Shown piece after piece: positions 38,901 to 49,260 of a stretch of DNA of 64,000 nucleotides. This DNA is from Antedon mediterranea (Eukaryota > Animalia > Echinodermata). The stretch lies in NCBI RefSeq assembly GCF_964355755.1, contig NC_092675.1:30352912-30416911 (forward strand). Reading direction: 5' to 3'. The translations under genes and the position numbers were made by a program. Within the stretch, counting starts at the first letter, position 1; the number at the start of each line of letters is the position of its first letter. Under the pieces are notes generated by a model. The model was given only the letters and a program-made list of their open reading frames with translations, searched no databases and was not told the origin of the DNA.

Positions 38901-40573
38901 AACTATTTGAATAATATTATTATTCCACTATAGGATTTATATTCCACTCTCTACTTTCTTACATTACAACTATAGGATTTATATTTCTTGTATTTAAAAT
39001 ACAGTATAATCTTACCCAGAAGGCAATTGCTTAGTTCTAGCTTCTGAAGACACCAAGCCATTAATGAATATAAACATGCCGACACCACCATCCATAAGAC
39101 TAACGCCAAATGTTTCTGTTTTAGCGAAACGCCTTGGAAATATGTGAAAATCAACGGCCAGTATCGAGATAGTTGTTGAGAAAAGAACGCAGAGTCGTAA
39201 AGACGATACAAATGGCAGTTTGGCAGACGACACACTTGATTCTAAATATGAATGCACTGATGGTTTTAAATCTCCTGGGGAAATAAAATAATGAATGCAG
39301 TTATTCTAATTCACATAATGTGATGCAACAAAGAGGATGTACTGTTGACTGTTTTCCACAAAATTAAAGGAAATCAAAAAGTTGGTTAATTTGCATATTT
39401 TTATTATTCGAAAAAATGCTCGACCAATCAGAGATCAGGATTTTTTGTATTTGTGGGAATAGATTCACCTAGTTGAAAACAAGTTTAAAGGGTCTTTCAC
39501 ACCTGTTCCGGTATGATTCCGGTAAATCAAATGTTGATGTTTCGTTTTACAACACTTCACTCGGTTATGCACCATTTGATATGCGTGTAATGGCGTGAAA
39601 ACGAAACATTGACGTTCAATTTGATTTGCCAGCACCGGAAAGGGTGTGAAACACTCTTAACAGCTGTATTTTCCACAGTACCAAAGTTTGAAACAAAAAA
39701 GTTGCTGAATTAAAAATCTTCAACTGTAGTAGAGTAACTACAAAATAGAAATGCAAATTTGGATTACTATTATTTTTTAAGGCTGGATATGTTTGTGACA
39801 GCTTGACCCACTTACCAGGTTGAATTAGGTGCAAGGTGATTGCAGCCACTAACAACAAGACCAATACATGTTGTATATGATCACTGCCATAGGTACAACA
39901 CGTAACCATTGGTAAGATCATAGTAAGAAAATCTATAACAAATCTGTAAACAAGAAAAATATATTTTATTTTTTTTCATTTAGGCAGATTGAGGTGGCTC
40001 TCTCCCCTATAATAAAAAGAGGAAATATAGTGTCTAAGGCAGGTATAATATTTGGGATCTACTCCTGATAAAGCTCTGTCTACAGGGGAGGGTTGTGTGC
40101 CCAAATATATGGTGCTAGTGATATGCCCAAATATGTAGTAGTGATATGACATAATATTTTATTGTCACATAAAGTTGGATAGTGTAGACAAAGCTTTAGA
40201 TACACATCATCACAAATCCTGTACCATTATAATTTTGAAATTCAATTAATATTATATTACCTCCAATCCAACAGTAACAGTTGCACACAAAGCACACTAT
40301 TTTATTATTATGTATTCAAGTTAGTCACCAACTTACACTAAATATGGAGTACTGTAGCACTACAACACAAGTTACATGGATAATAAGACCAAATCATACA
40401 TACACAAAACATGAGTGTTTTTTGGTTGGAGGTTTTGTCACAATGAGCCATGGTTGCAACTGTGACCTCAGAAATACAACCAATGTACCAACAAGTGTCA
40501 GAGAAGCAACTTCTACTGCACTTGTACCAATTAGGTTACTGTAAAATAATTCCTTTTCTTCTTTATCTGCCAT
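35985..40573 (-). CDS. PIGW: GPI inositol acyltransferase PIG-W/GWT1 (481 aa, 8 coding exons)
   Basis: Exons 40573-40404, 39943-39816, 39274-39016, 38774-38609, 38104-37854, 37268-37127, 36870-36780 and 36223-35985 total 1446 nt in frame. Signature motifs: [84 protein letters not shown]. Confidence 0.93.
38284..38483. mobile_element. GCTCTGTCTACACT-family MITE (PIGW intron)
   Basis: Diverged TIRs with four internal ~20-bp repeats. Confidence 0.7.
39489..39657. mobile_element. Harbinger-like MITE in a PIGW intron
   Basis: Inverted ends AGGGTCTTTCACACCTGTTCCGGT and ACCGGAAAGGGTGTGAAACACTCT, with TAA flanks. Confidence 0.6.
40073..40194. mobile_element. GCTCTGTCTACACT-family MITE (PIGW intron)
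   Basis: GCTCTGTCTACA...TGTAGACAAAGC. Confidence 0.7.
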
Positions 40574-40595
40574 TTTTCTGTAATTAGAGTAAACA

Positions 40596-40707
40596 AACAT
40601 AATATAGATGTCTTTATCATCATTCCGATACATTAAACATAATATATATTTTTATCATCATTCGATACATTAAACATAATATATATTTATCATCATTCCG
40701 ATACATT
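40596..40707. repeat. ~38-bp tandem repeat x3 just upstream of the first PIGW coding exon
   Basis: AACATAATATA...TTTATCATCATTCCGATACATTA repeated. Confidence 0.85.
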
Positions 40708-40737
40708 ATAAACTGGATAAGCTGCCTGAAGTGTATG

Positions 40738-41590
40738 TGTTATGCGCGATTTGAACGATTTGCGCAATTTAAAATTGCGCAAAAGAATTCCTTGCGCAAT
40801 TTGAATTGAAACATCTGTTTCAAATTGCGCAAGCAACGTATTAAATTGCGCAAGTAATCAAATCTGCAAATTGCGCAAGGTTTTTTTCGACAGATTGTGA
40901 AATCATGCACACCCATATTTTTATAGTAATTTCTAAGAATGATTCAAAATTAAAGATAATATCGCATTTCCTTATTTTTTGTAGTAGTGAAAATATTGTT
41001 ATTGTTAGCATACCGTCGAAGACCCGACAAAGGACCACAAAGGTGGTGTTCCCGGCGGGCACATGCACGGCGGGCGGCTAATACTACTCTAGCCTACTAC
41101 TGGCTATGTTTTGATAGCAAGTCTAAACGTTGGTGGCGGTAGACTATGTTGTGTATTACTACATTAATTTTGTTTATTTTTACATTTATTTTGATTTATT
41201 TTAAGTTACAATGAGTGATAATATTATTTAATTGTGTATGCCATTTATGTTGTGTATTATACACATGTTATCTTCGCATTTATTATGTTTCATTTTGAGT
41301 TATTAGTTTCGAATAAATTATTATTATTGTTAACCGATCGTCGACGTTAGCACACATTCTGGTAGAATTCTGCTGCGCAATTTGACAATTTTTGCAGCGC
41401 AATTTGAAATTGCGCAAGGATTTTCTTGCGCAATTTTATATTGCGCAAGTTGATTGCGCAATTTAATATTGCGCAAGAAAATCCGTGCGCAATTTGAAAT
41501 TGCGCAAGAATTCTTTGCGCAATTTGAAATTGCGCAAGGAATTTTTTGCGCAATTTCAAATTGCGCAAATCGTTCAAATCGCGCATAACA
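40738..41590. mobile_element. Ginger-like non-autonomous element/foldback with TGCGCAATTTNAAATTGCGCA palindromic repeats
   Basis: Termini TGTTATGCGCGATTTGAACG...CGTTCAAATCGCGCATAACA. 4-bp TSD TATG at 40734-40737 and 41591-41594. Confidence 0.8.
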
Positions 41591-41959
41591 TATGTATATA
41601 GTTTGAAGACTATCATGCATGATGTGGTTTTTTAAGGTAAAATTAACAATTAATAATCTGGATTATTGGCTAACTAATGTCTACTATTTTGAGGTCCTCT
41701 AAAAAAAAGGTTGAATGAGGCTATCGTCACAATTGATCGTGCATGTATTGTAAATATTTCCTAATAGTATACTATAGCCTATAGGCCTAGCGGTCTTCCT
41801 TTCTTAATACCATGGTTACCAAGTCCTAACTATTCTACTACTAGCCGGCCCTTCTTAGGCCTATCTCCTTCCTAGCTACACCTGGTCCTGGGTGGGCCTA
41901 GCTAGGCTAGGTCTTAGTCTAGGGTTAGCCTAGAGTAGTAGTAGTAGGGGGCTCCAGTC

Positions 41960-42087
41960 AAGTCGCCCCATCGCAAAGTCGCCCCATCGCAAAGTCGCCC
42001 CATACCAAAGTCGCCCAATACATAGTCGCCCCATCGCAAAGTCGCCCCGGCACAGTCGCCCCATCGCAAAGTCGCCCGATCACAAAG
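41960..42087. repeat. 16-17 bp tandem repeat AGTCGCCCCATCGCAA (~8 copies), possibly a DNA-transposon subterminal array
   Basis: Directly visible repeat units; no partner end was found in the window. Confidence 0.8.
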
Positions 42088-42601
42088 TAGTACTTATTAG
42101 TTATTAGAGGCCTACTAGGCCTATAGGCCCTGGGCCTAGCTAGGCTAGGCTAGGGTTTAGGCCCTACTAGCTAGCTAGGCCTAGGCCTAGGCCCTAGTAG
42201 GCCCTAGCCTAGCTAGCCCTAGTTAGTAGGCCTGCATACTACTAGCTACTAACTAGGCCTAGAGGCTAGCCTAGGCAGGGCCTAGCCTATGCCCTTAGAG
42301 TAAAAAGTGCATAAGAAAGGTTATGAATATGACTATTAGTATTAGATAGGCCTACCTAGCCTAGGTGGCAGATGTACAGACGATCGGGTCCAGCCGGCCA
42401 GCAGCAGCGGCAGAAGTAGTCACCCAGAAAGAAGGTCTAGAAGCAAAGATTATATAGCGCCGCTACGTGGCGATACAATCTTTGCTGTATGCTGCTAGAA
42501 GCATGATGGAGGACACAATCACAAACACACACACAGAAGTTTGACGACCGTCGGTCGCGCGTCGTAAAAAACGAAAAGAGGGCGACAAACACAGACATAT
42601 T

Positions 42602-42807
42602 TGTCGTATTCGATTGGGAACTTTCGTTGTCAACGTAAAGATTTCGTTGAGTACTTTTTGCATTCGAATTGTAAATTTGTGCTCAACAGAAAAGTCATTC
42701 GAATAGAAAACGTTGACAACGAAAGCTCAACGCTCAAAATACTCCGTTAAAGAAGTACTCAACGGAAAAACTGTACTCAACGGTGGAAGTCTAAATTGAA
42801 TACGACA
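42602..42807. mobile_element. Small MITE
   Basis: TIRs TGTCGTATTCGATT and AATTGAATACGACA, a 3-bp ATT duplication, and internal CTCAACG/CGTTGA repeats. Confidence 0.65.
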
Positions 42808-43229
42808 ATTAATACAGGTAAAGTTTACGCCGTGGCTAAAGATACGGTACCGTATTCTAACTTTTGTTTACTAAAGGTACGGTAAAATGGCATTACGTCA
42901 TAATCAGCCAATGGAGTGCTGGTACGTGTGTGACGTCATCGTATAAGGACTTTTTTTCATATCGCGTCTGTTGTATAATAATAATAATAATAATAATAAG
43001 CTTTATTTAATCACGGATACTTAACTCAACTAAAAGTTGTTTTTCAGTAAGACCGTGCTCAAAGGAAAACACCAACAAAAATAAATGTAAAAAGCAAATA
43101 TCAAATCAAGTAATAAAACAATTACAGAAGCAAAAAAACAAAAGCAGATAATAAAACAATTACAATAAAATAAAACAAGGATACACTTACTAACTATAAA
43201 ATTAAATAATACACTACATTTAAATAAAG

Positions 43230-46200
43230 CTACATGAAATTAGCAGTTAACAGTTTCTTAAAAAGAGAGACAGAGTTCACATTTTTAATATCTTCATGTA
43301 GCTCATTCCAAACCTTGGCACCTCTATATGATAAGCTACGTTTTTTGTAGTTTGTGTTTGGTTTTGGTACAATTAAATTTGGCTTAGTTCTAATATCATA
43401 GTAATTGTTTTTGATATTGAACTTATTTAATAAATATGGAGGTGCAAGGTTATTCATAATCTTAAACATAACAATAGCTTCATTTATATATAATCTTTCA
43501 TCTAAGTTCATCCAATTTAGACTTTGTAGAGCTTGAGTACTAGAGTCGGTTTGAGATTTGTTTGTAATAACTTTTGCTGCGCGATTTTGAAGAACTTGTA
43601 GTGTTTTACTTTGAGTTATATTTGAACGTCCCCAAACAACATGGCAATACTCAAGATGAGGAGCCATAAGTGATTTGTATAGTTTGCATTGAATTTCTTT
43701 TGGAAATATATTATTAGTCTTTTTTAAGTAGTACAAGCTCTGCAAAACCTTAGATTTAACATTATCGATTTGTGAGCACCAAGAAAGATTATTATCTAAT
43801 ATCACACCAAGGTGTTTACATTTATTTACACGAGAGATTGGTTCTCCATCTATGTTAATGTTGACTTGTAAGTCAGATAGTTTACTTAACCTCTGACTCG
43901 TTCCAATTAACATAAATTCAGTTTTTTTAACATTTAGGCTAAGTTTGTTGCATATGAGCCATCTTTTAAGACACAATAAGTCAGAATTTATTGTTTCAGT
44001 AAGGTTATTAATATTATTGGAAGTGTAGTATATGGCAGTGTCATCAGCATACATAGAAACAGAGCATTTATTTACAGCATTAGGCAAGTCATTAACATAA
44101 AGGAGAAACATTAATGGTCCAAGGATGGACCCCTGAGGAATTCCACATATACTGTGACTTTCATCAGAAGAATCACCATTTACATTGGTTATATGTACAC
44201 GATTTTGCAGGTAGTTTTCAAACCACTGAATAACATTTGAATGAAAATTGAAAGATCTTAGTTTATTGATAAGAATACTGTGATTTACTGTATCAAAAGC
44301 CTTTTTCAAGTCTATCATTACTAACCCAATATAATTTCCTTTGTCAATGGCTTCTAGCCAGGTCTCTGTGATATTAAGCAATGCAGTCGTAGTTGAGTAG
44401 CCTGGTCTAAACCCAGACTGATTTTCATATAGCATTTTGTTTAGATTTAGGAAATCATAAACTTGTTCAAATACAACTTTTTCAAGAACTTTAGATAATA
44501 TTGGGAGAATTGAAATTGGCCTATAATTATTACATTCATTTTTATTTCCACCTTTATGAAGAGGGCAGATCTTGGCCCTTTTCCATTGTTTTGGAAAAGT
44601 TAAATTTTTTAAAGATAAATTAATTATATATGTTATTGGGTAAACAATTTCGTCAATAGCGATTTTTAGAAGATTAGCTGGTATTTCATCAGTTCCAGTT
44701 GCTTTTTTTGATGAAAGTGAGTTAAGAATTTTATGTATGTCTTGTTTATTAACATATTTAAAAGTTAATTTGTCGTTAGTATTATTTAAATCATTAGTAA
44801 AGTTAGAAAGTTGATTAGTAGATTGAATACTTTGAGCTAATGTTGGACCCACATTGGCAAAATATTTATTTAATACATTTGCAATATCTTTAGAATTAGT
44901 TACTTCATCATTTTCTTCATCATTTGTGGTTTTAATACTTGTTATATTCATGCTTTTAGTTTTGCCAGGAATAATTAATTTAATATTTTCCCATATCTTT
45001 TTCTGATCTTTAGTATTGAGTTGTTCAGAAAAATAGTTCTTCTTACTTTTTCGAAGTTCATAATTTACTTGATTTCTTAATTTTCTATATTCAGGCCAAA
45101 GCTGAAGCCTATTTTTCTTATTTATTCGTCTTTTTAATGCATCTCTTTTTCTGATGAGAAGTATTACATTTTTAGTTAGCCATGGACTGTTTTTTTGGCG
45201 AACTCTTTTACGTTTAATGGGTGCATTTTTATTTGCAATATTAAGAAAGGTTTTTTGAAAGAAATCAACAGCATCATCAACATCAGTATAATTCTTAATT
45301 TCAGCCCAATTTGTATTAAGTAAGTCAGTTTTAAATTTATTTTCATCAAAATGTTTATAGTTCCTATTTGTTTTAAATCTATGGTTACTTTTCTCTTTGT
45401 ATGCTTTTCCAAATTTGATGTAGATAGCGGAGTGGTCACTAAGACCAGTATGAAGTACACCACTGTTAGTTATTTTTTCTGGCGATGAAACATAAATATG
45501 ATCAATTAAAGTACTAGAGTGATCTGTAATTCGCGTAGCTTCAGAAATTAATTGTGTTAAGTGATAGTTATTTGTTAATTCTTTTAATTTTAAAGTATAG
45601 TAAGATGGAGTTGATGATAGAAGGTCACAGTTTATGTCCCCAATTAAAATAATTTCATTATCAGTATTATCTCTTTCAATTTGTTTAAGAATTTTTTTCA
45701 AATTCATCAAATGTATCAGTACATGAATTAGGTGGGCGATACCATGCAATAATTAAAATAGGTTTTCTCTTCGGTTTAGTTAATTTGATAACAATTGCTT
45801 CAAGATTAGGACTCATTAAATTTTCTAAAATTTCATAATTAAAAGAACAGTTTTGACTTATATATACTGCTACACCCCCTCCTTCTCGGTTTCTATCCTT
45901 TCTAACAACATTAAAACCATTAATCTTAATTTCATTGTCGCTTATAGTATTATCAAGACGTGTTTCATTTAAAGCTACAATGTCAACATTGTTATTTTCC
46001 ATTAAGTATTTGATTTCATCAAATTTTCCAGGGAGGGTAACGATGTTTAAACCTAAAATATTAAGCCCTTTTCCATTAAATACATTACCAATATCTGTAA
46101 GCAAATTATCCTTAACAGAGTCAATTTCATTTTCTGAGTTGATTGTAGAAGAGTTCGTATCGTTTGTATTATCTGTGGCATTCTCTTCATCGCCTACTTT
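43230..46200 (-). CDS. LINE ORF2 (APE endonuclease + reverse transcriptase), with a +1 frameshift in an A7 run at 45692-45698
   Basis: Endonuclease motifs ALNETRL, RKDRNREGGGVAVY, WYRPP, IGDINCD, LIDHIY, SDH. RT motifs YRPISILPILSKVLEK, QSGFRPGYST, IDLKKAFDTV, GIPQGSILGP, YADDT. C-terminal RSLSYRGAKVWNEL. Confidence 0.9.
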
Positions 46201-46612
46201 TCAGTTTCTGTTGAATTTCATATCACAGTATTTTGATTTGTGTCCTGGTGTGTTACAGTCCCAGCAGACAATAGAATGGCCATGTCGACAAACTCTTCCA
46301 TTGTGTCCAGTTTCCCCACAGAAGTGGCATCGTCGGGATTTTGCTCCTTGATGAACATAAGAACTATCAGTGACTCTACGTGTTGGCAGTATTTCAATTT
46401 GCTTGTTGATGCTTTTTAGAAGAGCAGCAGTGCCTAGTTGGTTTAGATGGAGACCGTGTTGTGTAAATTTTCTTGTGTCATACTTACTTCCCATGATAAA
46501 AGCATTTGAGTTGTCAATATATTTTCCTTCAAACGTTGATTTCAGAACTTTGTTTACCTCATAGACTCTGTTGTCAAAGATATATCTATCGAAACGAGGA
46601 CAGAGAATTCCT
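46201..46612 (-). CDS. LINE ORF1 C-terminal part: SGNH-esterase-like end plus two CCHC zinc knuckles
   Basis: GILCPRFD...YIDNSNAF...HGLHLNQLGT (esterase block V-like), followed by CHFCGETGHNGRVC and CWDCNTPGHKSKYC. Confidence 0.8.
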
Positions 46613-46722
46613 ATCGGCGGCGCCAGGCTGCGTGGATGTGTGTGCGCTGCAGATGAGAGTTTTATTTTTATTCCAAATGGCCTATTTAGGCCTATATTTT
46701 TTAGTAAACTTTGTTTACAATG

Positions 46723-48604
46723 CAGTGGTGGCGCCAGCGGGGGGGCTACGGGGGCGCTAGCCCCCTCGTCGGGGAGCCTAGCCCCCCCGTCGGGGAACAC
46801 GGGTACTTTTTGTCGGGGAATATATATACAGTAAAAAACGTTCGCGTTCACTTCATATAGCTTCAGCGTCTAGAAAACCACGACGTTTCATTGACCGTAA
46901 GAGTACGTCAGAGGGCTATTATGCACTTTTATGCATTCATTATTGCCAGAGATCTAACTACTAAACAATAGCTAGTACGCACTTGTTTGGCGGTATCCCT
47001 TTGTACGAATCGTTCACCGTTGGGTCGAGACGCGTGATATCATGTTCCATCCAGGGACCAAAATGTGTAATGTAGTTATTTTCCAGGCGAAGTTTACCGA
47101 CGGTTACCGAAGGGAACACGGGTACTTTTTGTCGGGGAATATAATATACAGTAAAAAACGTTCGCGTTCACTTGGTAGCTTCAGCGCCTAGAAAACCGCG
47201 ACGTCTGATTGACCGTGAGAGTACGTCAGAGTGCTATTATGCAATTTATATGCATTCATTATTGCCAGCGATCTAACTTGCTACTAAACATTAGCTAGGT
47301 ACGCACTTGTCTGGCGGTATCCCTTTGTACGAATCGTTCAACGTTGGGTCGAGACGGGTGATATCAAGTTCCATCCAGGGTATGTGTAATGTAGTTATTT
47401 TCCAGGCGAAGTTTACCGACGGTTCGGGTACTTTTTGTCGGGGAATATAATTCGTTCGCGTTCACTTCGTAGCTTCAGCGCCTAGAAAACCTCGACGTTT
47501 CATTGACCGTGAGAGTACGTCAGAGTGATATTATGCACTTTATATGCATTCATTATTGCCAGCGATCTAACTTACTACTAAACAATAGCTATAGGTACGC
47601 ACTTGTCTGGCGGTATCCCTTTGTACGAATCGTTCAACGTTGGGTCGTGATATCATGTTCCATCCAGGGACCAAAATGTGTACTGTAGTTATTTTCCAGG
47701 CGAAGTTTACCGACGGTTACGTCGTGTACTGTGTCGACGTACGCTACACTACAGCAAAAACGAATTATGTTAATTGTTCGTATGTTCACCAATTTTTTAA
47801 TTTACAAGTAACCTTCTGTACCGTGGGGCACCTAAAATAAATATTTCATCCATTACTAAACAAAAAAACATGCCATTTTCGCTTAGCCAACATCTTATTA
47901 TAGCTAAGTTATTAAATTTTCAATGTCCTGTATTATGTCATGAATTTCTCACCACTCGGAAGTTCAGATGGTACGCAGGCATACTCTTGGAATAAACTTA
48001 TTTCCCCGACTGAAAAGGTCTACGCTTGCGTTTTTTAAGCCTCTGGGCCTGATGTTTCCAAAGTATAAAATGCAATTTTTTGAAGACCTGCAGCTCTAGT
48101 TTTAAACATTTTCTTAGCTCAGCCCCAACAATAAAGCTGGTCATATTTCGAAGTACAAGAAGTGCATTTTCCGGGACCTAACATCTCTATTTTTCAAACA
48201 GTTCTTAGCTCAGTCACAACCATGATAGGGACTTATATATTTTGTTTCATGTTTTGAAGTATAATAAGTCCAATTTCCAGGACCTCCAACTCTATTTTTC
48301 TAAATTTTCTTTGAACTTTTATTTTTGAAATTGAAAAATATGGATTGAAACAGTCATCGCGCACCGTTTTTTTGCACGCAGTATTTTATTTATGCATTAT
48401 AAAAAATGGAAAAAAATGGCTACCCTAAATCTGATTAAAATGACCTCAAATGACGCTAGAAAGCGTTGCTTGCGGGGGCTTCGCCCCCTGGACCCCCACC
48501 GGGGGCCCTTGGCGGCCCCCTGGCCTCCAGCCTTGTGATGCTCGCATAGCCCCCTCGTCGGGGAATGTAGCCCCCGCGTCGGGAAGATCCTGGCGCCACC
48601 CCTG
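46723..48604. mobile_element. Non-autonomous hAT-type DNA transposon
   Basis: TIRs CAGTGGTGGCGCCAG and CTGGCGCCACCCCTG. Perfect 8-bp TSD TTACAATG at 46715-46722 and 48605-48612. Subterminal TAGCCCCCTCGTCGGGGA motifs at both ends. Confidence 0.9.
46793..47720. repeat. Three tandem ~310-bp units inside the hAT element
   Basis: Units start near 46793, 47112 and 47425, each containing GGGTACTTTTTGTCGGGGAATAT...CCAGGCGAAGTTTACCGACGGTT. Confidence 0.9.
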
Positions 48605-48831
48605 TTACAATGGTGACCATAAACAACAAGCAAATGCGGACAATAAAAGGGCCCTCAAATACTATGATTTAGACAGTAGCCCCAGGGCTGACGAGTCACA
48701 GAAATCAGCGCACACATGCAGCTGGCCCCAGCCTGGCATCGCTTTCCCTACACAAACAAACTCATATAATGAGGTTATAGTACGTAGTAAATAGGCCTAG
48801 GCCTCTTTTGAAACGGTTTTCTGTATTCTAG

Positions 48832-49260
48832 AATTTCATTTCATTTCATTTCATTTATTTATTTGACCAACAAAACATAATATACAATGTACAAAGATGA
48901 ATTGGTCAGGGACTGCTAAAGTAATACGATTACTGTAACTACAAGAGTCATCAGCAGTCCCATGATCTTAACTAAAATAAATATATAATTTTATAAACAA
49001 ATAAAGTATAAAGCTGTGAGTAAACAGAAAAAAAAAGAACAGATATGATAAACAAAAAAATTTGAATAAAATATGCAAAAAAAAAAAATTAAAGATAATT
49101 ATCAAGAAGTAAAGAGTCAATAGATGATAAAAGATGAGGAAAAGATTCAGTAACAGCTAATTGGCGTAATGAGGAAGGTAACTGAGACCAAAGTTTAGGG
49201 AAGCGGTTTATAGGAGAATTACGAAGGGCCAAAATCAACATGTTTTGGCTTTTCAATAAT
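48832..49260 (-). mobile_element. 3' fragment of a second LINE
   Basis: RT C-terminus-like peptide RNSPINRFPKLWSQLPSSLRQL, followed by a 3'UTR ending AATAAATAAATGAAATGAAATG. Confidence 0.6.

Larger units (their letters stand above)
42975..46612 (-). mobile_element. 5'-truncated CR1/L2-group (Crack/Daphne-like) non-LTR retrotransposon
   Basis: Contains the ORF1 C-terminus, APE endonuclease plus RT ORF2, and a 3'UTR ending in AATAAA followed by a (TTA)n tail at ~42975-43008. Confidence 0.92.

Noticed and set aside
30126-40573. Functional linkage between a possibly GPI-anchored sialyltransferase and neighbouring PIGW
   Set aside because: Adjacency in animal genomes is weak evidence. The genes are convergent and conserved synteny cannot be assessed here.
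41330-41620. CAISNCA/LRNLKLR repeat ORFs
   Set aside because: Translations of the palindromic TIR modules of the Ginger-like element.
46613-46851. N-terminal part of the 216-aa ORF as genuine ORF1
   Set aside because: It reads through the hAT terminus and host-element DNA, so it is a chance fusion at the LINE truncation point.
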